64,000 nt of DNA from an uncultured delta proteobacterium (GTDB lineage: Bacteria; Desulfobacterota; BSN033; UBA1163), in the NCBI GenBank assembly GCA_963827685.1, contig CAWHBU010000005.1, positions 224,001 through 288,000 on the forward strand. The letters run 5' to 3'. A program made the position numbers and the translations under genes. Shown piece by piece: positions 50,257-59,895 of the stretch; position 1 is the first letter of the stretch, and every line of letters begins with the position of its first letter. The notes beneath the pieces were generated by a model. The model ran no database searches. It worked only from the letters and a program-made list of their open reading frames with translations, and was not told the DNA's origin.

Positions 50257-51000
50257 ATGATGAGAAAGGTAACCTTCGCAACCTTGGCGTTTTTTATTCT
50301 TCCCATAGTGTTGACACAATGCACCGATGGGACAAGGGTTTCCGAATCAAACCCGAAGGGGGATTTCAAAGTCATGCGTGAGAATATGGTGGAAACTCAA
50401 ATTAAAGCTAGAGGAGTGAAAGACCCTCGGGTCATTTCTGCATTGCTCAAAGTAGAACGCCACCGATTTGTCCCCGAAGAATATTTGAATTCGGCATACG
50501 CTGACCAACCTCTGCCGATTGGAGAGGGCCAAACCATCTCTCAGCCCTATATCGTTGCCCTAATGACAGAACTCTTAGAACTCAAAGGAAATGAAAAGGT
50601 TTTAGAAATTGGAACCGGTTCGGGATATCAAGCCGCGATCTTAGCGGAATTGGCCAAAGAAGTTTATACCATCGAAATTATCGAATCCCTCGCTTCCACG
50701 GCAAAAAATCGACTTTGGGAATTGGGTTATCAGAACATCGTGGTGAAGGCCGGGGACGGATATTTGGGATGGCCGGAGGCGGCACCTTTTGACGCTGTCA
50801 TCATCACTGCTGCACCCGACCACATCCCGAAACCCCTTATCGAGCAATTGAGGGAAGGCGGCCGATTGGTCGTCCCAGTTGGGACCTACACACAGGAGTT
50901 GAAGAAAATTGTCAAACGATCTGGAAAAATTGAAACGACGGACATCATCTCTGTTATCTTTGTTCCCATGACCGGCGAAGGCGTGAAACAGAAGAAATGA
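50257..51000 (+). CDS. pcm: Protein-L-isoaspartate O-methyltransferase
   Basis: PIGEGQTISQPY, VLEIGTGSGYQAA, GDGYLGWPEAAPFD. Confidence 0.97.
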   Translation: MMRKVTFATLAFFILPIVLTQCTDGTRVSESNPKGDFKVMRENMVETQIKARGVKDPRVISALLKVERHRFVPEEYLNSAYADQPLPIGEGQTISQPYIVALMTELLELKGNEKVLEIGTGSGYQAAILAELAKEVYTIEIIESLASTAKNRLWELGYQNIVVKAGDGYLGWPEAAPFDAVIITAAPDHIPKPLIEQLREGGRLVVPVGTYTQELKKIVKRSGKIETTDIISVIFVPMTGEGVKQKK

Positions 51001-51280
51001 TTTTTCTAAGAAATAAGGTAATTATATCGAACCCTTCCTGAAACTTTCTATTCCCTAATTTTAGAAAACGGTGTATATTACGATCGAAAAGTGGCGATGG
51101 GGATATGCGTCAACCCAACGAATAATTTATTCTTGAATTATCTCGATTCCGTATAATTATAATATTGTTTGACACGACCTTTTCCGGAAAAAAGCCATGT
51201 AATTCGATTGGTTTAAAGCAAGAAGGAACCTTTGGTGACTTAATTTTTTAGAAAACACGAAAACAGAATAAGAATTAATC

Positions 51281-51839
51281 TTGGGACCCGAAGAATGAGG
51301 TACCTGAACAAAGCCAAATTCTGGTTGGACCTGAAGAGACGGTACCCGAGCCACCGGGGAGGGTGGTTCTACAACTGTCTCGAGGATGCTTTCGAATGCC
51401 CAAGTCTCGACGTGTCAGCAAGTCCCAAAGTGGAAACGCTGGTCAGGAGGCTCACAGACAATACCCCGCATTCTCGGTTCCGCATTTCCACTGATTGCCT
51501 TTCCAAACAGTTGTCTTGACTGGAAGGAGGCTCAATCAACTCGCAAGCAGTCTCCCATCCAGATTGAGGACGAGTCGGAACTGGTGGATCTGGTCCTCAA
51601 CCGCATCCATTTCCGTGATCCTCAGCGGTACGAAGACAACTACCACATCACCACTCCAGCACTGGATTGGTTTGTCGTCTTCTGCCACCATGACGACTGG
51701 CATTTCTTCGCATCCAATCAAGCCGTCACCAAAGTCAGAGAACAGTGGAAAAGGAAGTCCCAACAACTGGATCGAACGCGACTCCGGTAAGGCCCCCCGA
51801 AAGCGGCCTCACTGGATCAGTCCATCCGAGACGTTAACC
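51281..51839 (+). mobile_element. Integron gene cassette with attC
   Basis: Starts TTGGGAC; attC 51757-51839 runs GTCCCAAC...GTTAACC with nested stems. Confidence 0.75.
51295..51790 (+). CDS. Hypothetical cassette protein, probably one gene split by a +1 frameshift
   Basis: Overlapping ORFs 51295-51519 and 51386-51790 fill the cassette; C-terminal WFVVFCHHDDWHFF. Confidence 0.55.
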
Positions 51840-51852
51840 TTCGGAAAACGAA

Positions 51853-52042
51853 ATGATAATAGAACCGATCGGCATCATACATACACCCTACCTGGCAAAA
51901 GAGGAATTACCCTATTCAACCGCTTTACTCAGCCGGCTCTCTTGGCCGGGCCGAGATATTTGAAAAATACGAGGCGGGTCTGAAGGACATCGAGGCCTTT
52001 TCCCATGTTTATCTACGTAACGGGGTATCTCCGAAGGAGTGA
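51853..52042 (+). pseudogene. tsaA: TrmO/TsaA tRNA methyltransferase 5' fragment (second cassette)
   Basis: MIIEPIGIIHTPY...PIQP...GRAEIFEKYEAGLKDIEAFSHVYL, with a +1 shift near 51908, then homology stops. Confidence 0.75.
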
Positions 52043-52200
52043 TGACGTTCGGAGAGAAGTAGATACAGCGATCACTACTTTAAGAAAAGATTAACTCAAT
52101 CTTCAAGTTTGCCCCCTGATCTACCCCGGCAGGCAAAGTGGGGAGGGAGGAGGCGAGGGGAAAGTTTTCCGTTAATTATTTTTCGAGAGAGAGGAAGGGC

Positions 52201-52794
52201 TTAATTGGGGGCGAGAGTGACGACCCGCTCCTTTGAGTCGATGGTCACATTGAAATTGGCTAAAAAGTCGCGGCCCAATAGACCATCGGCCTCCTTCAAG
52301 TCAGCATCATGGACGATGATAAGAAGCGGCCCCACCTTGGCTTCGCCCACCTCCAAGGAATTAACCCACACTGCGTCCGCATAGCTCATTCCGGTCACTC
52401 CCTTTATCACAGCGCGGGGCGCATTCTCAGTAGAAATACCAAGCCTCTGTAGGGCTGCCGGCGCAACCAGTGTACGGTCAGAACCGGTGTCAAGAACCAG
52501 GGTGATGGGCCCAGCGCCATTGATCCTGGCACTGACCAGAACAGGGAAACCAGGGGTGAATGGAATCTTGGTGAGCCCCCTTGGGGATGGGCTTCGTTCC
52601 AGTTCCGGAGGCGCAGGAGGAGACGTGGGGAGAGGAAGTAATAGAGCTCTAGAACGGTAAGGCTCGGGAATACTCTCAAGCCTCGTCGTGTAGTACTGGG
52701 TGCCCTGGTCATCAACCCAGTAGTAGACATCTGCCAAGGCCGGCCCGTGAAGAAGCATGCAGATTAGGATTAACGCTATCGTCCACCTACGCAT
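52201..52794 (-). CDS. Exported retropepsin-like aspartyl protease with DUF4124-like N-terminus
   Basis: Signal peptide, YYWVDDQG, LDTGS, GLLGRDFL. Confidence 0.88.
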   Translation of the reverse strand: MRRWTIALILICMLLHGPALADVYYWVDDQGTQYYTTRLESIPEPYRSRALLLPLPTSPPAPPELERSPSPRGLTKIPFTPGFPVLVSARINGAGPITLVLDTGSDRTLVAPAALQRLGISTENAPRAVIKGVTGMSYADAVWVNSLEVGEAKVGPLLIIVHDADLKEADGLLGRDFLANFNVTIDSKERVVTLAPN

Positions 52795-52880
52795 GGTACC
52801 TTCATTCTAAACCCACCCGGCTGCCATAATCAAATTATTTGCGAGTGTGCATCGTCTCCTTAAACTCACAGACCTAAAAT

Positions 52881-53280
52881 CTATTTTATGAAAAGCCAAA
52901 AACCGTTCGCAAAATAGACGATGCCAATAGCACCCGTGATGAGGCCGAGTACCCAAACGGGTTTTTTCTTCATCATATCTCTTTATATTCTTCGAATAAT
53001 ATTCAATCCTTTTCTCATATTCCTCAACCACCGGCTTCGGGACTCTGGATCCCATCGCCTTAAGTTCCAATTCCAATTTCTCCTTCTGTAATTCATAGAG
53101 ATATCCCTTAATGCTTTTAGCCTGATAGTAAGCCCACTGATTTGCTGCATGGAATTGGTTCAACACTGAGCGTGTTGAAAACCCTCCCCCTTTGAATGTT
53201 GACAATGTGGCACATACCGCAAATATCACCGTTGTAAGCGCAAGATAGTTTAACCACGGTTCCTTCTTCCCTTCTGCCAT
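52881..53280 (-). pseudogene. DUF4337-like membrane protein with internal deletion
   Basis: AANQWAYYQAKSIK; a natural-looking C-terminal helix KKKPVWVLG...NGFWLFIK lies in another frame right after RYDEEK. Confidence 0.7.
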
Positions 53281-53410
53281 AAGTTTCCTCCCTCATCATT
53301 GATGGTTAAAATGAAGAGTCATTAACACACGCTATTTCAAAACTCCACACCCTCTTGAGGTTATGAAAAGAGAACTGGCGTAGATTGTCCAGGCGGATAG
53401 CGGAATTGAA

Positions 53411-53812
53411 TTATAGGAAGCGGACTTTTTTGACTGCGGTGGTCACAGCAAAGACTCGAACATTGTTGCTCTTAGGATCCGCGGGAAAGAGAAAGAAGCC
53501 TGGTCGGCCTGGGTCATAGCCCAAAGTTGTCCCGACTAAAACTTCGCCATCTTTAAACGTCACTTCTATTTTTCGACCAGAGGGCTTATCTCCTTCGACA
53601 TATTCTTTTCGCTCATTGTATTCGAAATTCCCGACGAAATCCCGAACAAAGAAAACAGCCTTTAATTCCTTCAACAATATCTCGACCGTCTCGCCCGAGG
53701 ATTTGTCGGCTGGATAGATATGGAAACGATCCTTATTTGGGAAGAAATCCTGGCTTAAACCTTTGGCTACCCTCCCATCGATATATCGTGCAACTACTTT
53801 TAGAGTTTCCAT
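53411..53812 (-). CDS. Conserved hypothetical protein (DUF6982-like)
   Basis: Duplicated DG/FxDGE pattern, LKAVFFV, GFFLFPAD. Confidence 0.75.
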   Translation of the reverse strand: METLKVVARYIDGRVAKGLSQDFFPNKDRFHIYPADKSSGETVEILLKELKAVFFVRDFVGNFEYNERKEYVEGDKPSGRKIEVTFKDGEVLVGTTLGYDPGRPGFFLFPADPKSNNVRVFAVTTAVKKVRFL

Positions 53813-53900
53813 TCAACTCCCCATTAACAACGACTTATAAGTCTCTCAGTCCGTTCACCAGGGATGTGGCAGCTTACATCTCGTTTTGTCCATAAGGTGT

Positions 53901-53952
53901 GATCCCGAAATCGTAGACCCTGAAATAAATTCAGGGTCTGGTTCAGGATGAC
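53901..53952. repeat. REP-like unit containing a perfect 25-bp palindrome
   Basis: AGACCCTGAA-ATAAA-TTCAGGGTCT (53915-53939) within GATCCCGAAA...TTCAGGATGAC. Confidence 0.7.
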
Positions 53953-53998
53953 GGGGTCAATGAATTTCAAATACTTTCGGCTAGATTTTAATGAAATC

Positions 53999-54027
53999 AT
54001 ATTATTCCGGATCGAGGTGGAGGTCAA
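53999..54027 (-). promoter_or_regulatory. Putative sigma70 promoter
   Basis: TTGACC-17 nt-TAATAT on the minus strand. Confidence 0.5.
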
Positions 54028-54132
54028 GGGAATTTTTTTGTAAAAAATCACATCGACCACACGTCATTTGAGGTATAATTGGTATTCATCAATGGCTTTA
54101 AGGAACAAAATGCCTTACGAGGTGACGAGGCG

Positions 54133-55059
54133 ATGGGGAAGAAGGTAATGATCGATTGTGATGTGGGGGTGGATGATGCGCTGGCTTTGATCTTGGCATT
54201 TCATTCACCTGAACTGGATGTAAAAGCTGTCACTGGAGTGAATGGGAATGTCCCATTAGAACAGGTTTTTGAAAACATCCAGAAAGTCCTCTCTCTGATT
54301 CAACCCAAAAGCAAACCGCTGATTGCCAAAGGAGCTAATCGACCTTTAAAAGGTAACACCGTTTACGCCCATTCTGTCCATGGGAAAGATGGATTGGGAG
54401 GGGCTAAAATAGATTGCGGAGGAGGAGAGGAAGCGTGGCAACTTTTCCCGGGCCGTGCAGAAGAGCTTATCACAAAGATGGCACGCCAGTATCCAGATGA
54501 AATGACTTTGATTGCAACAGCCCCCCTGACTAATTTGGCTTTGGCACTTCAAAGAGACAGAGAAGGAACGAGAAAACTGAAAGAAATTACAATCATGGGA
54601 GGAGCGGTTCGGACAGGGGGAAACATTACACCTCATGCTGAATTCAACATCTTTTCTGATCCCTCAGCCGCTAAAATAGTCCTGGAATCAGGGTTGCCAA
54701 TCACCTTGGTCCCACTCGACGTAACCCATCAGGTTTCTCTCACACCCCATTGGATGGAAGAAAGGGTGAAACCCATTAACAATGTATTTTCCAAATTCGT
54801 CATCGAGGCGACTGGGTATCACTCGACCACATATCAGTTTAGGAATATGGAACTCATCCATCTCCATGATCCTCTCGCAGTGGGGGTGGTGATTGATCCC
54901 ACATTGGTGAGCAAGGAGAGACTTTCGATTGATGTTGAAACGCAAGAGGGTGAGCATTACGGCAAAACCTCGGAAACGAAATCGGGTCCAAAAGTAGAAG
55001 TGTGTTTGGGAGTGAATGCAAAGGAGTTCTTGGAACTCTTTTTATCAAGGTTGGTATAA
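54133..55059 (+). CDS. Inosine/uridine-preferring nucleoside hydrolase
   Basis: DCDVGVDD, MGG, AEFNI, HDP; start at ATG 54133 preceded by GAGG. Confidence 0.93.
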   Translation: MGKKVMIDCDVGVDDALALILAFHSPELDVKAVTGVNGNVPLEQVFENIQKVLSLIQPKSKPLIAKGANRPLKGNTVYAHSVHGKDGLGGAKIDCGGGEEAWQLFPGRAEELITKMARQYPDEMTLIATAPLTNLALALQRDREGTRKLKEITIMGGAVRTGGNITPHAEFNIFSDPSAAKIVLESGLPITLVPLDVTHQVSLTPHWMEERVKPINNVFSKFVIEATGYHSTTYQFRNMELIHLHDPLAVGVVIDPTLVSKERLSIDVETQEGEHYGKTSETKSGPKVEVCLGVNAKEFLELFLSRLV

Positions 55060-55100
55060 ATTGAAATAAAGAGAGATAGGTTAACGTAGGCAGGCTAAGA

Positions 55101-56025
55101 ATGAAAAATAGGATTCTCATTCTTGGAAGTTCTAATGTTGATCTCATTCTCAGAATTCCCCGTTTCCATCATCCCGGGGAGACAATCGAGGGAGAGAACC
55201 TGGTGATTGTCTTTGGAGGGAAAGGGGCCAATCAAGCCATCGCCTCAAAACGTTTAGGTGGAAAAGTAATCTTCATGACCAAGTTGGGCAATGACCCTTA
55301 TGGAAAATCCTATCATCGTTACTTGGTCAAGAATGGGCTTCTCCAAAAGTATCTTCTCAAGGATAAAAAACTTCCGACAGGAATAGCTTTGATCGAATTG
55401 GTTCCCAAAGGAGAGAACAGGATTATTGTCTCTCCGGGGGCAAATGCCTCTCTTTCTGTAAAAGACTTAAAAAGACTCACCCCACTCTGGAAAGAAATCA
55501 AGGTCTTTGCGACCCAGTTCGAAATTCCTATCGAAACGGTTAGGATGGGATTGAAGATGGCAAAAAAACATGGTGCCATCACCCTTCTCAACCCCTCCCC
55601 TCCCTTTCGGCTCCCATCCAACATTCTTTCTCTGGTCGATTTTATCGTCCCCAATGAATGGGAGGCTCAGTCCCTGACAGGAATAAAATGGATGGGAAAT
55701 CGAGAAATTCCAAAAATGGCCAGAAGGTTGCTGGACCTGGGCGTAAAAAATGTAGCGATCACCTTGGGTCCAAAAGGCCTCTTTTTCAAAAACAGAAGTG
55801 AAGAATTTTGGATGAAGGCCTTCAAAGTGAATGTGATCGATACCACAGCTGCAGGAGATGCCTTTCTGGGAGCTCTTGCCAGTAGCCTTTCTGAAGACAA
55901 ACCGGTTCAAGAAGCTTTAAAATTTGCGAAGGGAGCCGGGGCCCCTTGCGACCACGAAATTGGGCGCTCAGCCCTCCCTTCCTTTGAGAAGAGAACTTGA
56001 TACCTTTCTCGAAAACTGTGTGTGA
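55101..56025 (+). CDS. rbsK: Ribokinase, +1 frameshift in C run near 55943
   Basis: GGKGANQA, DTTAAGDAF; removing one C restores ALATTKLGAQPSLP to TGA at 56025. Confidence 0.92.
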
Positions 56026-56197
56026 AAGGAACCAGACAGAAAATGCGCCGCACGGCGCAAAACGTAGAGCGGATCGCCTAAAAGATTTCATGCTCTTCGC
56101 CATGCCCTTGGGGCTTTGCGAATTTGAAGTTAGGGTTGACTTCTCCTGACGACTTCACTATGCTACTCATTAATCTCTCTACAGAAAGGAGTGCGTT

Positions 56198-56704
56198 ATG
56201 AACGAGGTGTTGAAAGCCATTAAAAGCCGAAGGACCATCCGGCGATTCAAGCCCAACCCAATCGATGCGGAGATGCTCCAGTTGATTCTTGAGGCGGGAA
56301 GGTGGGCTCCCTCTTTCAGCAATCTTCAGCCCTGGAAGTTTATCGTGATTAAAGAGCAAGGTCTAAAAAATGCCCTGGACAAGGCGGCCAGGGAAAGTGT
56401 GCTCCACTTGGGCATCCATGAAGCACCTGTGGTCATCCTGGTCTGCGTGGATCGTCGGATCGATCCCCTTCATGCGATCGAAGCCGGAGCAGCTGCCACG
56501 CAGAATATGACCCTGGCAGCGCACAGCTTGGGCTTGGGAGCTGGTTGGATTGGAATTTGGGGAACAGAGACCGAGGCTTCTATCCAGAAACTTCTTAAAC
56601 TTCCAGAGACAGTCCGAGCCGTTTCTTTACTTCCTATTGGCATCGCAGACGAGACCCCAGAAGGACACCGGAAGCCAATCGAGGAATTTACACAATTTCG
56701 ATAA
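56198..56704 (+). CDS. Nitroreductase family protein
   Basis: SRRTIRRF, APSxxNLQPW, LAAHSLGLG. Confidence 0.93.
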   Translation: MNEVLKAIKSRRTIRRFKPNPIDAEMLQLILEAGRWAPSFSNLQPWKFIVIKEQGLKNALDKAARESVLHLGIHEAPVVILVCVDRRIDPLHAIEAGAAATQNMTLAAHSLGLGAGWIGIWGTETEASIQKLLKLPETVRAVSLLPIGIADETPEGHRKPIEEFTQFR

Positions 56705-56812
56705 GATTTTGGTTACCCCATTGATCCATGGGAAACAGAATCTTATGGCCTGCGGTGATCTGCGAAAGAATCCCTTTCATTTCTCATCTGAAAAAATCTC
56801 ATCTGAAAAAAC

Positions 56813-56866
56813 TTGACAGAGACTTGGAAAGGAATATAATATGAAACACCATTTCGCAATGCGGAA
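56813..56866 (+). promoter_or_regulatory. Consensus sigma70 promoter plus dyad operator candidate
   Basis: TTGACA-16 nt-TATAAT; TTTCGCAATGCGGAA dyad at 56852-56866. Confidence 0.7.
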
Positions 56867-56872
56867 CACTAA

Positions 56873-57676
56873 ATGGCTTCAGAACGTAGCCTCAAGCCCA
56901 AGAACTTAGTCCAAACAATCGAAAGGGCTTCTTCTATTCTTGATATCCTCGGGCAAAGTCCTCAAGGAATTAGCATCCGTGAATTGTCTACCAAAATCAA
57001 GCTTCCCAAAGGGACGACCCATCGTCTTCTCTCTTCCCTCTCCTACTTGGGTTATGTCCGCCAGGATACGAAAGCGAGAAACTACTTTTTGGGATTCAAG
57101 TTGGTTGAACTCGGGAATCTGCTGCTCAGCCAACTCGATCTCAGAAAAGAGGCAGAACCATTTCTGAGAGACCTTGCAGAGAGAACCCGGGAGACAGTCC
57201 ATTTGGTTTTCCTCGATCGGAATGAGATTGTCTATATTGACAAGGTTGAAACAGATCAAAATTCAAGCGGCCTGAGGATGGCCTCCCGAGTGGGCTTGCG
57301 AAATCCAGCTCACAGCTGTGCCGTGGGAAAAGTCCTACTTTCTTATCTTTCCGAGGAAGAATTGAAGCACTTCATCAAAGAAAAAGGCCTTGGGAAAAGA
57401 ACTGAAAATACGATCATCGATCCTGCCCAACTAAGAGAGCATTTGAAAAATGTCCGGGCCCAGGGATATGCCATCGACGACGAAGAGAATGAAAAGGGAA
57501 TTCGATGTGTCGCCGCTCCCATTCACAATGAGGGGGGTAAAGTAGTCGCCGCCATCAGCATTTCCGGTCCTGCCTTTCGGGTGACCAAAAAAACAATTCA
57601 CGAAAGACTGAAGAAGGAGTTGATAGAAACAGCCCTAAAAATTGCTCAGAGGTTGGGTTTTCGAGAAGGGAAATGA
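56873..57676 (+). CDS. IclR-family transcriptional regulator
   Basis: VQTIERA HTH, HSCAVGKVLL, GYAIDDEE...CVAAPI. Confidence 0.96.
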   Translation: MASERSLKPKNLVQTIERASSILDILGQSPQGISIRELSTKIKLPKGTTHRLLSSLSYLGYVRQDTKARNYFLGFKLVELGNLLLSQLDLRKEAEPFLRDLAERTRETVHLVFLDRNEIVYIDKVETDQNSSGLRMASRVGLRNPAHSCAVGKVLLSYLSEEELKHFIKEKGLGKRTENTIIDPAQLREHLKNVRAQGYAIDDEENEKGIRCVAAPIHNEGGKVVAAISISGPAFRVTKKTIHERLKKELIETALKIAQRLGFREGK

Positions 57677-57806
57677 TTTTGAGTTATGAGGAAAGGCCCC
57701 AGGGCAAAAATGAAACATTTTTTCGACCAATAAAGGACTTCTGACGCTAGGCTCTATGCCTGCCGGCAAGCAGGCGCTTAGCCATAATGGATAAGGAGGA
57801 GATAAG

Positions 57807-58271
57807 ATGAATAGAGATGAGATAGTCGTTGGGATTGTAATCTTCCTTTTCGGAGTGATAACCACTTTCCTCTCTCTAAGAATGCCCATCGGAACCTTCC
57901 GAATAGGAGGACCTGGGCTGTTTCCTCTCTGTCTGGGAATAATCCTGATGATCTTATCAGGCGCCTTCATTTTAAAAATTTTCTTTCAGGGTAAGGAAGA
58001 ACACGTAAAAAAAGAAACCTCCATCGAATCTTCAGAGTCTCCAATACAATTGATCCTCTTTCTGGGAGCAATGGCTTTAGCTACCCTGTTTTTCAATCGA
58101 TTGGGATATCCGCTCATTTCTTTCCTTCTGATGTTGGGTCTCTTGAGAATCTTAGGGATGAAACGGTGGGGTCTAAACATTCTGATATCGGTGGTGACGG
58201 CTGTTGGTTCCTATTTTCTATTCGTGAAGTGGCTTGACATCCCTATGCCAAAAGGATGGATAGGAATCTGA
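57807..58271 (+). CDS. tctB: Tripartite tricarboxylate transporter small subunit
   Basis: GPGLFP, four-five TM helices, LDIPMPKG. Confidence 0.92.
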   Translation: MNRDEIVVGIVIFLFGVITTFLSLRMPIGTFRIGGPGLFPLCLGIILMILSGAFILKIFFQGKEEHVKKETSIESSESPIQLILFLGAMALATLFFNRLGYPLISFLLMLGLLRILGMKRWGLNILISVVTAVGSYFLFVKWLDIPMPKGWIGI

Positions 58272-58284
58272 AAGGAGACCAACT

Positions 58285-59796
58285 ATGTTTGAATCACTCC
58301 AACATCTAATCAATGGTTTTGTAATCGCCGGAACGTTCCAAAACCTTCTTTATTGTCTGATCGGTTGCATCGTAGGAACTATCATCGGTGTGCTCCCTGG
58401 AATCGGACCGATCGCTGGGATCGCCCTTCTTATACCTGCAACATTTGGCCTTAATGCCACTTCTGCCATCATTATGCTTGCTGGAATCTACTACGGAGCA
58501 ATGTATGGAGGCTCTACCACCTCCATCCTCCTCAATGTACCTGGGGAAACTGCTTCTGTTATCACCTGTATTGATGGTTATAAAATGGCACAAAAAGGGA
58601 GGGCAGGCCCTGCTCTGGCCATCTGTGCCATTGGCTCTTTCGTTGCAGGGACTCTTGCAATTTTTGGAATGGTCTTTTTGGCCCCGCCATTAGCAGAGGC
58701 AGCATTGGCCTTTGGCCCTCCTGAATATTTTTCCTTAATGGTCTTTGGCTTTATTGTCTTGAGCAATGTGACGGGCAAATCATTCCTCAAATCTCTCATG
58801 ATGGCACTCGTTGGTCTGATCATCGGAACGATCGGACTCGATCCTGTTTCTGGAGATGCCCGTTTTACCTTTGGCTCAGTCCCACTGCTCAGTGGAATTG
58901 AATTTGTTGCTGTCGCTATCGGGGTCTTCGGAATTGGAGAAGTCTTGGTCAATGTCAATCAACCTTCAGAGCTGCTGGACCAAGGAGTTATCATGCCAGG
59001 CCTGAGGGAACTTTATCCCTCTCTTCAAGATTTAAAGAAATCGGTTGGGGCAATTCTGAGGGGGACGGTATCTGGATTTGGCATAGGTTTGGTCCCCGGA
59101 CCAGCACCGGTCATTGCTACTTACGCTTCTTATATGATCGAGAGAAAGGTTTCTAAACACCCTGAGGAGTTTGGTCAGGGAGCAATTGAAGGAGTGGCTG
59201 GCCCTGAGTCTGCCAATAACTCGGCCTGCCAAGCTGCCTTCATCCCTCTCTTCGTCCTTGGAATTCCTTTCGCTCCTCCAACGGCTATTCTTCTTGGTGC
59301 CCTTCTCATCCATGGAGTCAATCCAGGACCACTAATGATCAGTCAGCATGCAGGACTCTTTTGGGGAGTCATCGCCAGCATGTATATCGGCAACTTTATG
59401 CTTCTCATCCTCAACCTTCCCCTCGTCCCTCTCTTTGCCAACATACTCAGAATCCCCAAGAGGATCCTTTTACCCCTCATCATCCTTTTTTGCATCACAG
59501 GGATGTACACCGTGAATAATTCCGTTTTCGACATCTGGATGATGCTTCTCTTCGGAGCCATGGGATTTCTGATGAGAAAGTGGGCTTACGAAGGTGCACC
59601 GCTTCTCTTGGCATTGGTCCTCGGACCGAAATTGGAGGTGGCCTTCCGTCAAGCGTTGATGATCTCTCATGGCGATTTTGGAGTCTTTATCAATCGGCCC
59701 ATCTCAATGGTCTTTTTGCTTGCAACCATTCTCTTCTTGATAGGTCCGTTGATTTGGCTGATGTTAAAAAAAATAAGGAAAGGAGGGATAGTTTAG
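58285..59796 (+). CDS. tctA: Tripartite tricarboxylate transporter large subunit
   Basis: GVLPGIG, YYGAMYGGSTTSILLNVPGE, GPESANN. Confidence 0.96.
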   Translation: MFESLQHLINGFVIAGTFQNLLYCLIGCIVGTIIGVLPGIGPIAGIALLIPATFGLNATSAIIMLAGIYYGAMYGGSTTSILLNVPGETASVITCIDGYKMAQKGRAGPALAICAIGSFVAGTLAIFGMVFLAPPLAEAALAFGPPEYFSLMVFGFIVLSNVTGKSFLKSLMMALVGLIIGTIGLDPVSGDARFTFGSVPLLSGIEFVAVAIGVFGIGEVLVNVNQPSELLDQGVIMPGLRELYPSLQDLKKSVGAILRGTVSGFGIGLVPGPAPVIATYASYMIERKVSKHPEEFGQGAIEGVAGPESANNSACQAAFIPLFVLGIPFAPPTAILLGALLIHGVNPGPLMISQHAGLFWGVIASMYIGNFMLLILNLPLVPLFANILRIPKRILLPLIILFCITGMYTVNNSVFDIWMMLLFGAMGFLMRKWAYEGAPLLLALVLGPKLEVAFRQALMISHGDFGVFINRPISMVFLLATILFLIGPLIWLMLKKIRKGGIV

Positions 59797-59895
59797 ATTG
59801 CGGAGTGTAGGATACAGAATGCGGGTTTAAGTTTAGAGTCCGGAGTGAAGAAGTTTAGGCTTTGAGATTTGAGTTTAAAGCGAAAGGAGGTCGTC

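Noticed and set aside
51495-51983. 162-aa ORF crossing attC
   Set aside because: Out-of-frame overlap of two better-supported genes
55079-55085. GGTTAAC as inverse core of the second cassette
   Set aside because: Over 3 kb away, beyond unrelated genes, with no attC-like stem after it
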